A DNA stretch of 64,000 nucleotides, from the NCBI GenBank assembly GCA_049513975.1, contig JBEKVM010000005.1, forward strand, positions 6,991 to 70,990. The letters are read 5' to 3'. This DNA is from Verrucomicrobiota bacterium (GTDB lineage Bacteria > Verrucomicrobiota > Verrucomicrobiia > Limisphaerales > Palsa-1400). The notes under the pieces are model-generated. The model saw only the letters and a list, made by a program, of their open reading frames with translations. It was not told the DNA's origin and searched no databases. Position 1 is the stretch's first letter; the number at the start of each line of letters is the position of its first letter. Made by a program: the position numbers and the translations under genes. This document shows, one piece after another, positions 50,545 to 60,386 of this stretch.

Positions 50545-52128
50545 ATGCCCACGCTTGTTTATAAATTCCAGCAACAGGAACATCGTTTTCCACTCCAAGA
50601 CCTCACCTCCATTGGCCGCGGCCGCGATAACGACCTGTGCGTGCCGAGCGATTCCATCTCCGGGCTGCACGCGGTCATTACCCGGGACGGAAACGGCTAC
50701 CAATTGGAGGACACGGGGAGCAGCAATGGAATTGTCGTGGGCGGGCGGCGCGTCCTTTCCTGCCTGCTGCACGAGGGCAGCGTGTTCGCCTTGGGCGATG
50801 TCGAGTTTGTCTTTACGTTGGAAGACTCGGGACCGGGCGTGGCGGAAGCTCCACCGCCAGTTCCAACGGCGGCTACCCCGCCAAGTGAGGTAGGGCGGGC
50901 AGTCCCCTGCCCGCCGCAGGAAGGTAGCGGGACGTTGATTCCTCCGCCCGTGCCCGACGGCGGGCAGGGGACTGCCCGCCCTGCCGTTCCCGGCCCACCC
51001 ACGACTGAGGAATTACCACCACCGCCAACTCCACCGCCAACTCCAACAGAAGTTCCAACCCCAACTCCAACAGCCGCTTCGCCACCAACTCCACCCCCAA
51101 TGCCAGCGCGGGCCTCAACGCCAATTTCCACGGGCGCACCCACGGAGGAAGTCATCGCCCGCTTCGAAAAAGCCCGCGATCGTGTGCTTGGGGAAATTGG
51201 CAAGGTGATCGTGGGCCAGCGCGAGGTGCTCAACCAGATGCTGGTCGCCCTGTTCGCCCGCGGCCATTGCCTGCTCATCGGCGTGCCCGGCCTGGCCAAG
51301 ACGCTCATGGTCAGGACCCTGGGCAGCGCGGTGGACCTGGAATCCCGCCGCATCCAATTCACGCCGGACTTGATGCCCTCGGACATTACGGGCACGGACA
51401 TTCTGGAGGAGGATACGGTGACCGGCAAACGCGCCTTTCGGTTCCATCGCGGGCCGATATTCAGCAACCTGCTGCTGGCCGACGAAATCAACCGCACGCC
51501 GCCCAAGACGCAGGCCGCGCTGCTCGAAGCCATGCAGGAGCAGCGCGTCACCATTTCCGGCACGAGCTACGACCTGCCCAATCCCTTCATGGTGCTGGCG
51601 ACGCAGAATCCGATCGAACAGGAGGGGACCTACCCGCTGCCGGAGGCGCAACTGGACCGGTTCATGTTTTGCATCCACCTGGCCTACCCGGGGGCGCAGG
51701 AGGAGCAGCAAGTTATACTTGACACAACCCGCGACGCGCCCGCCGTCGTGGTCCCGGTGCTGGACGCCGCCCAGGTGATCCAACTCCAGCAACTGGTCCG
51801 CCAGGTGCCCGTCAGCCAGCACGTCGCCCTTTACGCCCTGAGCCTGGTGCGCGCCACCCGGCCCAACTGCGAGGGGTCGCTGGATTTTGTCAACCGCTGG
51901 GTCAACTGGGGCGCGGGCACGCGCGCCGGCCAGTATTTGCTCCTGGCCGCCAAGACGCATGTCCTCTTGCAGGGCCGCTTCAGTGTCTCCTGCGCCGATG
52001 TGCGCGAGTACGCCCTGCCCGTCTTGCGCCACCGCATTTTCCCCACCTTCACCGCCGCCAGCGAGGCGGTCAACACGGACCAGATTGTGAAAAAAGTCAT
52101 CGCTGCGGTCAAGGAGCCGCAGTACTAG
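50545..52128 (+). CDS. moxR: FHA domain + Pro/Thr linker + MoxR-family AAA+ ATPase fusion
   Basis: FHA: IGRGRDND...SISGLHA...EDTGSSNG. MoxR: GVPGLAKT, RIQFTPDLMPSDITG, LLADEINR, ATQNPIEQEGTYPLPEAQLDRF. Confidence 0.92.
   Translation: MPTLVYKFQQQEHRFPLQDLTSIGRGRDNDLCVPSDSISGLHAVITRDGNGYQLEDTGSSNGIVVGGRRVLSCLLHEGSVFALGDVEFVFTLEDSGPGVAEAPPPVPTAATPPSEVGRAVPCPPQEGSGTLIPPPVPDGGQGTARPAVPGPPTTEELPPPPTPPPTPTEVPTPTPTAASPPTPPPMPARASTPISTGAPTEEVIARFEKARDRVLGEIGKVIVGQREVLNQMLVALFARGHCLLIGVPGLAKTLMVRTLGSAVDLESRRIQFTPDLMPSDITGTDILEEDTVTGKRAFRFHRGPIFSNLLLADEINRTPPKTQAALLEAMQEQRVTISGTSYDLPNPFMVLATQNPIEQEGTYPLPEAQLDRFMFCIHLAYPGAQEEQQVILDTTRDAPAVVVPVLDAAQVIQLQQLVRQVPVSQHVALYALSLVRATRPNCEGSLDFVNRWVNWGAGTRAGQYLLLAAKTHVLLQGRFSVSCADVREYALPVLRHRIFPTFTAASEAVNTDQIVKKVIAAVKEPQY
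50889..50985. repeat. REP doublet translated in frame within the FHA-MoxR linker
   Basis: GGTAGGGCGGGCAGTCCCCTGCCCGCCG / CGGCGGGCAGGGGACTGCCCGCCCTGCC (27/28 complementary). Confidence 0.85.
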
Positions 52129-52132
52129 GTGA

Positions 52133-53023
52133 TTGGTGAACGCTGCCGCCTACAAATTTCTCCCGCCGGAACTGGCCGAACGGCTGCGCGGCCTGGGCCT
52201 GACGGTGCGGCGGCCGGTGGAAGGCGCCATGCAGGGCTTGCATCGCTCCCCGCACCACGGCTCCTCGGTGGAGTTCGCCGATTACCGCGAATATACGCCC
52301 GGCGACCCGCCCAGCCTGATTGACTGGGCCATCTACGCCCGCAGTGACCGCTATGTCATCCGCCGCTATCAGGAAGAGACCAATCTGCGCGCCCACCTCC
52401 TGCTGGACATTTCGGAAAGCATGGTGTTCCGCGAGGCCGGGCGGCATTCGAAAATGGATTACGCCTGCTATCTCGCCGCCGCTCTGATGCTGATTTTGCT
52501 CGGCCAGTCCGATTCCGCCGCCCTCACGCTGTTCAACGAGGAAATCCGGCGGACCTTTCCGCCCGTCGGTTCGCTCGACGGCCTGCGGCCCATGCTCCTG
52601 GCGCTGGAAGAAATCAAGCCGGCCGGACGCAGCCAAATCGAGCAGGCCCTCCACCAGACGGCGGAAAAAATCCAGCGGCGCAGCCTGGTGATTTTGATTT
52701 CCGACCTTTTGCAGGAGCCCTCCGGCATCATTCGCGGCATCCAGCACCTGCGCCACAACAAGCACGAGGTTTTGATATTGCAGCCGCTGGACGCGGCGGA
52801 GTTGAGCCTGAGCTTCGGCGGCCTGGCCGAATTGCGCGAACTGGAAACGGGCGCGCGCCTGCCGGTGGAAGCCGGGGAAATCCGGGAAGCCTACGCCAAC
52901 GAAGTGCGGAAGTATCTGGATGAAATCCGGCGCGGCTGCCTGGGGAGCCTGGCGGATTATCTTCTGATTGACACGCGGACGCCGGTGGAGGAGACGTTGC
53001 ACGCCAAATTTGGCCAGCTATGA
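52133..53023 (+). CDS. DUF58 domain (vWA-like) protein
   Basis: GLHRSPHHGSSVEFADYREYTPGD, IDW, LLDISESM, LISD. Confidence 0.92.
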   Translation: MVNAAAYKFLPPELAERLRGLGLTVRRPVEGAMQGLHRSPHHGSSVEFADYREYTPGDPPSLIDWAIYARSDRYVIRRYQEETNLRAHLLLDISESMVFREAGRHSKMDYACYLAAALMLILLGQSDSAALTLFNEEIRRTFPPVGSLDGLRPMLLALEEIKPAGRSQIEQALHQTAEKIQRRSLVILISDLLQEPSGIIRGIQHLRHNKHEVLILQPLDAAELSLSFGGLAELRELETGARLPVEAGEIREAYANEVRKYLDEIRRGCLGSLADYLLIDTRTPVEETLHAKFGQL

Positions 53024-55092
53024 CCGGCCTCACCGCCCTTAATCCGCTTTTCCTTTCCTTGCTGCCGCTGGCCGCGCTGCCGGTCGCGTTTCATTTCTTC
53101 TTCCGCCTGAAAAGACAAACGCGCCCGTTTCCGACCCTGATGTTTTTTCACCGCCTCGATCCCAAGCTCAACGCGCGCCGCCGCCTGCGCGAATGGCTCA
53201 TCCTGCTCTTGCGCACCCTGCTCATCTTATTCCTTTTGCTCGCGCTGGCCCGGCCGGTTTGGTTCGGCCACGGCCAGGCCGGTGACCTGGCGGTCGTGCT
53301 GCTGATTGACAATTCCGGTTCCATGAGCGGCTCCGGCGAAGGCGGACGGACCAAACTCAAGCAGGCCCTGGATGGCGCGCGCGACCTCCTCGCGGAACTG
53401 CGCGGACCGGACCGCGCCGGGATCGTTCTCGTCGTGCCCGATCCGGCCGCGCCCTTGCCGGCCGGCCTCACCCAGGACAAGGCCGCACTCAAACTGGCCC
53501 TTGACGGCATCGCCGAAACCGAAGCCAGCGGCAGCGTCGCCGCCGCCGTGGACCGGGCCATGCGGATGCTTGACAGCGGGGCCGCCGCCCATCGGGAAAT
53601 CCAGATGTTTTCCGATTTGCAGCAGGAGAAATGGGGCCAGCCTCCGGTCAGCCCGCCCGCGCCGCCGCGCGGCCTCGGCCTGGTCGTTCACCGCGTCGCC
53701 TCGCCGTCCTCCGGCCTGCCCAACGTCTCGCTGACGCGTCTGGAGATGCCGGCCCGGCCGGTCGTGGCCGGCCGCCGCTTCCCGGTGCAAGTGCAATTGG
53801 CCAACCCGGGCCTGGGCACAGCCCAGGTGCGATTGAATTGGCTCGACGACGCCGGCAATCGCGGCGGCCTGGATGTCACGGTTCCAGCGCAAGAGCAGAG
53901 CAATGCCACGGTCACTCTGGTCGCGCCCAATCCCGGCCTGCGCTGGGTGCTGTTCTCTGTGGACGGCGATGATTTCCCCTCCGACAACCGCGCCGCCACG
54001 GCCTTCGTCGGCGTGGAACAGCAATCGGTCCTGTTCCTCGGCAGTCCGGCCGACTTCGGCTACCTGCCGCTGGCGCTGTCGCCCGGCGGCGATGGCCGTT
54101 TGTCGGGATTGGCCGCTTCCTTTTCCAGTTTCGATGCCTTTGCCGCCGGCAAACCCACCGGCTTTGTGGTCCTGCCGTGGGACGCCATTTTGCAGACTGG
54201 CCCGGATGTCGCCGCGCGGCTTAACGCCTTGCGCCAGTTCCTGTTGAAGGGAGGAACCGCGTTGCTCGTGCCGTCGCCGGGAGGTCAGGCCGGCGGGGGA
54301 ACGAAACCGGATTGGCTGGCCATGGCCCCGGAGAGCCTGCAAGGCTCGTCCAACGGCCTTGCGCTGACGGTGCTCGACAAAGCCAGCGCCATCTTTGACG
54401 ATCTGCGCGACGAAAAGGGCGAAATTGCGTTGCGCAACGTGAAGGTGTTTCGCTTCCTGCCGCTGCGCCTTGCGGCCCAAGCCGCGCCCCTGCTCGGATT
54501 GGAGGACGGCAGGATTATCCTTGCGGCGCAGAACGTGGGGCAAGGGCGGCTGCTGGCCGGCGGTCTGGCCTTTGATCCGGCTTGGAGCACCTTGCCGCTC
54601 AAGCCGGCGTTTGTCGCGCTCGCCCAAGGCATGGTGCTCAACCACGCGGGCGCGCCCGCCAGCATCACCTCGCTGGTGGCGGGCGATCCCTTGACCGGCT
54701 TGCCCGGCGGCGCTGCCTCGCTCGTGGTCCAATCGCTCGGCGGCAGCCCGCTGGACTGGAAAGGCCCGGCCGGCCAATTCACCACCTTCCCGCGCGTCGG
54801 CGTCTATGCCTTGCACCTGGGCCAGGAAACCCGCTGGGTGGCGGTGCGGTCTTCGGAAAAGGAAGGCCGCCGCAAGTTCATTTCCGGCGACACGCTGGCG
54901 GCGCTGGGAAACCTGCCCTATGCCGTGGACAGTTTATCCGGAAGCGGGAATGCGCCGTCGCAATTTCGCCAGCAGGAACGCTCGCTGGATTTGAGTTTGC
55001 CCATGCTGCTGCTGGCCTTCGCCTGCCTGGGGTTGGAAGGCTGGCTGGCCAATCCCCCGCCCATGAAGCCCCGCGCCGCCGCAGTGAGTTAA
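53020..55092 (+). CDS. BatA N-terminal domain + vWA membrane protein
   Basis: LNPLFL..LPLAALPVAFH...FPTLMF...LLRTL...ALARP; MIDAS DNSGSMS; FSDLQ; C-terminal TM. Confidence 0.88.
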   Translation: MTGLTALNPLFLSLLPLAALPVAFHFFFRLKRQTRPFPTLMFFHRLDPKLNARRRLREWLILLLRTLLILFLLLALARPVWFGHGQAGDLAVVLLIDNSGSMSGSGEGGRTKLKQALDGARDLLAELRGPDRAGIVLVVPDPAAPLPAGLTQDKAALKLALDGIAETEASGSVAAAVDRAMRMLDSGAAAHREIQMFSDLQQEKWGQPPVSPPAPPRGLGLVVHRVASPSSGLPNVSLTRLEMPARPVVAGRRFPVQVQLANPGLGTAQVRLNWLDDAGNRGGLDVTVPAQEQSNATVTLVAPNPGLRWVLFSVDGDDFPSDNRAATAFVGVEQQSVLFLGSPADFGYLPLALSPGGDGRLSGLAASFSSFDAFAAGKPTGFVVLPWDAILQTGPDVAARLNALRQFLLKGGTALLVPSPGGQAGGGTKPDWLAMAPESLQGSSNGLALTVLDKASAIFDDLRDEKGEIALRNVKVFRFLPLRLAAQAAPLLGLEDGRIILAAQNVGQGRLLAGGLAFDPAWSTLPLKPAFVALAQGMVLNHAGAPASITSLVAGDPLTGLPGGAASLVVQSLGGSPLDWKGPAGQFTTFPRVGVYALHLGQETRWVAVRSSEKEGRRKFISGDTLAALGNLPYAVDSLSGSGNAPSQFRQQERSLDLSLPMLLLAFACLGLEGWLANPPPMKPRAAAVS

Positions 55093-55141
55093 TTTGAAAA
55101 GCGCTTTTTGTTTTTCCGAACGCGGCCATAATGGGCGGGGA

Positions 55142-56479
55142 ATGAAACTGCATCGCCTGGCATGGGTGGCAGGGATGGTCGGTTTGCTCCTCTCGCATTA
55201 CTGGCTGGTGGCGCAAATCGAGCCTTTTTATTCGTCCATTTATTGTTTTCTTTGGTGGTCGTACATCCTGGCCGTGGATTTTGCGGTTTATCGTCTGCGC
55301 GGCCATTCCCTTTTGCGCGATCAGCCGCGGGAGTTTTTGTTTCTCGCCGTTTGGTCCGTGCCAGTGTGGCTGGTCTTTGAATTGGCCAACCTGCGCCTGC
55401 AGAATTGGTACTATGTGATGGCGCCGTACGGCTTTTCCTGGGGAACGCTTTATCTCGTTCTCGCCTTCGCCACCGTGCTGCCCGGCCTGTTTGAAACAAC
55501 GTCCCTGGTGCTCGCGCTGCTGGAGAAATTCGTGCCTGGCGGAAGCATCCGGGGACGGCCCTTTGCCGTGAGCCGGCTGAACCTCGGCCTGCAACTGGCG
55601 CTGGGAGGGACGATGCTGGCGCTGATGCTGGCGTTTCCCAGGAATTGTTTTTGCCTGGTGTGGGGCTTTGCCTACTTTCTGACCGACCCCATCTGTTACT
55701 GGGTCAGGCGCGCGGAGAAGAATCACGCGGGCCGCAGCCTGCTGGGCCAGTTGGCGGCGGGCGACAACACCCGGCTGGTGGCGCTGCTGGTGGCGGGATT
55801 CATTTGCGGCGGGCTTTGGGAGGCCTGGAACCTCGGCGCGCGCACCAAGTGGATTTATTCGGTCCCTTTCTTTGACGAGCTGAAACTGGGCGAGATGCCG
55901 GTGCTGGGCTTTTTGGGTTTCCCGCCCTTCGCCCTGGAATGTTACACCCTGGTGAATTTTCTAAGCCTGTTTCGGGACGGGCGCAATTGGGAGTTGAGCG
56001 CGCCGGAAAACGCCGCGCGCCGCGGCATGCCCGCCGGCGGCGTGGCCTTGGGCGCGGTGTTGCTGCCGCTGGGCATCCTGTGCGCCTGCGCCGCCATCGC
56101 TGTCGAGCGGACGACCGTCGCTTCTTACGCGACGCCGCTGGACTGGTGTTTTTCCCAGGAACTGGGGAAACAAGGCGTGAACGCCTTGCAGGAAAGACAG
56201 GCGTTGCAAGGAAATCAGTTCTTAAGATTGAAGGAACGGCCGCCCGAAATTGATCCGGCGTTGTTTGCCCGGATGCGGCGCGTCGCGAGCCTGGGGGAAC
56301 TGAAGGGGATGGGACTGAAGAACGCGCTGGCGCTGGAAAAATTGGGAATCAAAGGGGTGGAAGATCTGGCGCGGCAGAATCCGGAAGAACTGCTCCTCCA
56401 ACTCGGGGCCTTGCACCAGAAAGTGCGGCTGGAGGAGGTCAAGATTTGGATACGCGCCGCGAAGCGGCATCACGGCTGA
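55142..56479 (+). CDS. Polytopic membrane protein with C-terminal DUF4332/HhH-like domain
   Basis: Multiple TMs; LWEAWN...KWIY...MPVLGFLGFPPFALE; C-terminal LKGMG..NALALEKLGIKGVEDLA...EVKIWIRAA. Confidence 0.7.
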   Translation: MKLHRLAWVAGMVGLLLSHYWLVAQIEPFYSSIYCFLWWSYILAVDFAVYRLRGHSLLRDQPREFLFLAVWSVPVWLVFELANLRLQNWYYVMAPYGFSWGTLYLVLAFATVLPGLFETTSLVLALLEKFVPGGSIRGRPFAVSRLNLGLQLALGGTMLALMLAFPRNCFCLVWGFAYFLTDPICYWVRRAEKNHAGRSLLGQLAAGDNTRLVALLVAGFICGGLWEAWNLGARTKWIYSVPFFDELKLGEMPVLGFLGFPPFALECYTLVNFLSLFRDGRNWELSAPENAARRGMPAGGVALGAVLLPLGILCACAAIAVERTTVASYATPLDWCFSQELGKQGVNALQERQALQGNQFLRLKERPPEIDPALFARMRRVASLGELKGMGLKNALALEKLGIKGVEDLARQNPEELLLQLGALHQKVRLEEVKIWIRAAKRHHG

Positions 56480-56578
56480 AAGGAATTAGATAGCCGTTGA
56501 CACGAACATTCTTTCGATCTGGTGCAGGAGTTGTGATTGCAGCTTGCTGGACGGGATTTTTTGTGGAAGATTAGGACC

Positions 56579-56773
56579 ATGAGCGCACAGGAGATTATCG
56601 AGCAGATTAAAGCCTTGCCATCGGACGAACGGGCGCAGGTGACTAAATTCGTAGTCGAGTCCGATGATTCCTGGATTCCAGAAGACTTCAAGCAAGGCAT
56701 GGCTGACATCGCCGCCGGCCGCGTGGTGGATTTGGACACCGCGTTGAATGAGCCGTTTCCGGGCGGCCAATGA
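56579..56773 (+). CDS. Putative antitoxin (64 aa)
   Basis: Small acidic protein with QGMADIAAGRV motif; ATGA overlap with the toxin gene. Confidence 0.7.
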   Translation: MSAQEIIEQIKALPSDERAQVTKFVVESDDSWIPEDFKQGMADIAAGRVVDLDTALNEPFPGGQ

Positions 56774-57045
56774 ACTATCGCTTTCGTGCCGCTAAGTCCT
56801 TTTGGCGCAGTTGGAGCCGGCTCTCAGACGTCCAGCAACGGGCGGCGCGGCTGGCGTTCCCGGTTTTCAAAGCCAACCCATTCGATCCGCGCTTGCAGGC
56901 GCACAAGATTCACAGGCTCTCCGCTGTCTATGGCCGCACCATCTACGCGATGGAGATCGCGGGCGATTTGCGGGCCACATTCTACGTTGAGGGCGAAACC
57001 GTCTGGTCCGTGTCAATTGGCACGCATGACCTTTACAAGGGATAG
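56770..57045 (+). CDS. RelE/ParE-superfamily toxin
   Basis: Basic 91 aa; KSFWRS, NPFDPRLQAHKI, DLRATF, SIGTHDLY. Confidence 0.75.
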   Translation: MNYRFRAAKSFWRSWSRLSDVQQRAARLAFPVFKANPFDPRLQAHKIHRLSAVYGRTIYAMEIAGDLRATFYVEGETVWSVSIGTHDLYKG

Positions 57046-57066
57046 AAGTAACCTACATTTTTCGGA

Positions 57067-59265
57067 GTGATCTTGCTGGCCGCCATCCAATGGCATCCGC
57101 GACTGGCGCCGTTCTGGTGCGCCGCCCTGCTCCTGGCCCTCGCCGCGTGGGGATGGCTCCTCTGGACGCGTCTCCGCCGACGAGCGCCCCTGGCCGCGCG
57201 CTGGCTGGCCCTGCCCAAGTGGATCACCTTGCTGCTGCTGTTGCTCGCGCTCTTCGACCCCGTTTCCATGCTCCAGAAATCCGAGCCGGCCAAAGGCAGG
57301 CTGCTCGCCCTCCTCGATTCCTCTTCTTCCATGGATGTGGCGGACGATTACCGCCAGCCCCGCGCCGACCGTGCCCGCGCCATTGTCGAGCAATGGAAAA
57401 AATCGCTCCCCGCCGGGGTCACCCTCGACGAATTGGCCTTCGACACCACGATTCACAATCCGGGCCAGGCCCCGGCGGCCACCCTTCGCGGCACCGATCT
57501 GGGCGGCTGTTTGCTGGCCCTTTCCGAACGCGGCGATTTGGCGTCCTATCTCGGTGTCGTCCTGCTCACCGACGGCGGAGATGAAGCCATCGAAGACCCG
57601 ACGCTGCCCAGGATCCCTCTTTCCATCGTGGGCATCGGAACCGACCCGGCAACATGGAACGACCTGGCCATCGCCGATGTGCAGGCGCCGGTGACGGCCG
57701 AGAAAGACACGGATTTTGAGATCAGCGCGGACCTCCTGGCCCGCACCGGTCATGGCGCCGGTTTCGGGCGCACTGTGGCGCGCACCCGTGTTTTATTGGA
57801 GCACGCGGCGGGCGCCGGCTGGGAAAAAGTCAGCGAGACCAACGTGGACCTGTCCAATTTGAGCGCCCATCTGCGCCTCTCCGCCCGGAGCAGCCAACTG
57901 GGCGTGCAGCGCTACCGGGCCACCATCCAGCCGGCCAGCGGCGAGCTTTCCACGCTCAATAACTCGCGCACCGTCGCCGTGAACGTGCAAAAGAAGGCGC
58001 TTCACGTCCTCTATTTCACTCTCGAGTTGGGACAGGAATTCAAAATGTTGCGCAACGAATTGGGGCGCGATCCCGGCCTCTCTTTCTCCGCCTTGTTCCG
58101 CAGCGCCGGCTCGCGCTTCACCCTGCAAGGCGACCGCGTGTCCGGCGATGACGCCCTGGCCGCGGGGTTCCCCGCCGGCAAGGACGGACTCAAGCCCTAC
58201 GACGTGATCATCATCGGTTCCTTTCCAGCCGAGCAAGCCGCGCCGCGGCAGATGCAGGCCCTGATTCAATTTGTCGAAGAAGGCGGGACGTTGATTTTTC
58301 TCGGCGGGGACGAATCTTTCGGCCGCGGCGGTTATGCCGGCAGCCCGCTGGAGGTTCTCTTTCCCTGGCGGCTTTCGTCGCAAGAACCGCCCCCGGCGCA
58401 AGGCTCCTTCGCCGTGGGCGTCCCGCCGATGGCCTCGGGCCACCCCATCCTGGCGACCGTCGAGGACACGGTGACGCGCGCCCCGGTCCGCCTCGACAGT
58501 CTGAACCGGGTGGGCGAACTCAAGCCCAACGCCACCGCCCTGCTCACCGCGCAATTGGGCGACCGCGGCGTCGCGGCGGTCGCGGTGCAGCCCTTTGGCA
58601 AGGGCAAAGTCATGGGCATCGCCACCGACACCTTGTGGAAATGGGCCTTGCAGCCCGAACCCCTCCGCTCGGCCTACGGCCTGTTCTGGCGGCAGGCCGT
58701 GCGCAATCTCACCGGCAAAACCGAAGGCGGCCAGAACCTCGCCGTGCGCTGGGACAAGGACTTTTACCGGCCCGGCGATCAGGCGGCCGGCGAGATTCGG
58801 GTGCTCGGCGCCGGGGCGGGCGTGCTGCGCTTCACTGCCTCCCTGTCAAGAAATAACCAAAGCACCGCCGTCGAGGTGGCCCCTCTGCCGGGGCAGCCGC
58901 AGACCTTTCAAGTCAAAACCCGCTTTCGCGACCGGGGTGATTATGATTTTCGGCTGGTCGCCTATCAGGGCGACCGGGTTCTGGAGGCCTACGAAAAGAG
59001 CTTTCCCATTGCGCCGCGGGTGGACGAGGGATCGCGCCTGGAGCTGGACGAGGTCTTCCTCAAACGCGTCGCCGCCCTGGGCGGAGGCGTTTATTTCCGC
59101 GAAGCCGACGCGGGACAATTTGTGGAGCGGATCGCCAGCCGCCCGTTGCGCAAGGTGGCGGTCGAGGAATCCTCCCTGGTCGAGGCCGGCCCCTGGTTTG
59201 TTCTTGTTTTCCTGGCCGTCCTGGTGCTGGAATGGACCCTGCGGCGCAAAGTCAACCTGTTCTGA
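57067..59265 (+). CDS. Membrane protein with vWA and glutamine-amidotransferase-like domains
   Basis: N-terminal TMs; DSSSSM; GTDL; LLTDG; YDVIIIG, FVEEGGTLIFLGG, GKGKV...LWKW; LEWTLRRK. Confidence 0.85.
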   Translation: MILLAAIQWHPRLAPFWCAALLLALAAWGWLLWTRLRRRAPLAARWLALPKWITLLLLLLALFDPVSMLQKSEPAKGRLLALLDSSSSMDVADDYRQPRADRARAIVEQWKKSLPAGVTLDELAFDTTIHNPGQAPAATLRGTDLGGCLLALSERGDLASYLGVVLLTDGGDEAIEDPTLPRIPLSIVGIGTDPATWNDLAIADVQAPVTAEKDTDFEISADLLARTGHGAGFGRTVARTRVLLEHAAGAGWEKVSETNVDLSNLSAHLRLSARSSQLGVQRYRATIQPASGELSTLNNSRTVAVNVQKKALHVLYFTLELGQEFKMLRNELGRDPGLSFSALFRSAGSRFTLQGDRVSGDDALAAGFPAGKDGLKPYDVIIIGSFPAEQAAPRQMQALIQFVEEGGTLIFLGGDESFGRGGYAGSPLEVLFPWRLSSQEPPPAQGSFAVGVPPMASGHPILATVEDTVTRAPVRLDSLNRVGELKPNATALLTAQLGDRGVAAVAVQPFGKGKVMGIATDTLWKWALQPEPLRSAYGLFWRQAVRNLTGKTEGGQNLAVRWDKDFYRPGDQAAGEIRVLGAGAGVLRFTASLSRNNQSTAVEVAPLPGQPQTFQVKTRFRDRGDYDFRLVAYQGDRVLEAYEKSFPIAPRVDEGSRLELDEVFLKRVAALGGGVYFREADAGQFVERIASRPLRKVAVEESSLVEAGPWFVLVFLAVLVLEWTLRRKVNLF

Positions 59266-59273
59266 GGATGCGG

Positions 59274-60371
59274 ATGAAACACACTTTCCAAAAAATCGCC
59301 TGGCGGAGAAGCCGTCGCGCCCCGCTGCTGGCCCTCGCCCTCCTGGCCTGGGCCGCTTTTCCAGCTCCGGCCGCGCAGGAGCCGCGCGACGGCCGCATCG
59401 AATTCTCCGACGGCAGCCTGCTTGATGGAAAAATATCGTTGACACCAGGCGGCGCGTTGAAAATCGAATCCGGCCCGCAAATCCGCGTCCTGGACCTGGA
59501 CCGCGTGCGCGAAATCCGCCTTTCTCCCGAGAAGGAAGAGATGGACCGCAACTGGCGCTTCAAAGCGGCGGGGCAGACCGCCAAGGAATTCTTCGGCGAG
59601 CCGTATCCGGTTCGCTTTCTCCAGGCGACCGTCCTTCTCGCCGGCGGCGAATCGTTCACCGGCCATCTTTACTCGACCGTCCTCTACGTCGAGGGCGGGG
59701 AGACCGCGCAGAAAGTGCTTCTGCTCTCCAAACAACGCGGCGCCGAGGGCCAATCCTTCCAGTCCATTGTCTATCCCACCCGCATTTCGTTTGCAGGCGC
59801 AACCGTGGCCGACACCGCGACGGCCACGTTGCGTTTCAAAGGGCCGGCCTTGGCGCCCGGCTCCGAAATCGCCGTCCTCACCCGCGGCGCGCTCGTGCGC
59901 CTGGCGGCGGCGCCGGCCGGTCCGGCGGGCGAATTCAAAATGCCCTCGCCGTGGGGCAGGGAGTTCTTCCTGGCGATCAAGACCGGCGGAAAAATTGTCG
60001 CCGCCTGGCCGGCGCAAAAAGATGAGAAGACCCTGGCCCAGGTGCAAAAGGCCCTGCCCAAATCCGAGGATTTCTTCGATGAACGCCGCGTGCTCGGCGT
60101 GGTGCGCGACCCCGCCGCCGCCGAAATCTATTCCCTCCTGCTGGCCGTGCGCAAAGGCCGCACGACCCTGGACGAGACCCGCAGCCAGCCTTGGCGCTTG
60201 GAAATTTACCGCTGGAAAACCGAAGAGGGCAGCGACCGGCTGATGCTGGCCGGCCAAGGCTGGCTCTTCCGCGGCATTGACGCGAAAAGTGAAGCCGCCC
60301 CGGCGGTGGAATTGTCCGACAAGCTGTGGCATATTCACAAGGATGGAGAGACATGGACCGTGGGGGAATGA
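59274..60371 (+). CDS. Exported hypothetical protein
   Basis: Signal peptide; tightly packed in the operon; host-like codon usage. Confidence 0.75.
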   Translation: MKHTFQKIAWRRSRRAPLLALALLAWAAFPAPAAQEPRDGRIEFSDGSLLDGKISLTPGGALKIESGPQIRVLDLDRVREIRLSPEKEEMDRNWRFKAAGQTAKEFFGEPYPVRFLQATVLLAGGESFTGHLYSTVLYVEGGETAQKVLLLSKQRGAEGQSFQSIVYPTRISFAGATVADTATATLRFKGPALAPGSEIAVLTRGALVRLAAAPAGPAGEFKMPSPWGREFFLAIKTGGKIVAAWPAQKDEKTLAQVQKALPKSEDFFDERRVLGVVRDPAAAEIYSLLLAVRKGRTTLDETRSQPWRLEIYRWKTEEGSDRLMLAGQGWLFRGIDAKSEAAPAVELSDKLWHIHKDGETWTVGE

Positions 60372-60386
60372 ACCTCCGCCAAACCG

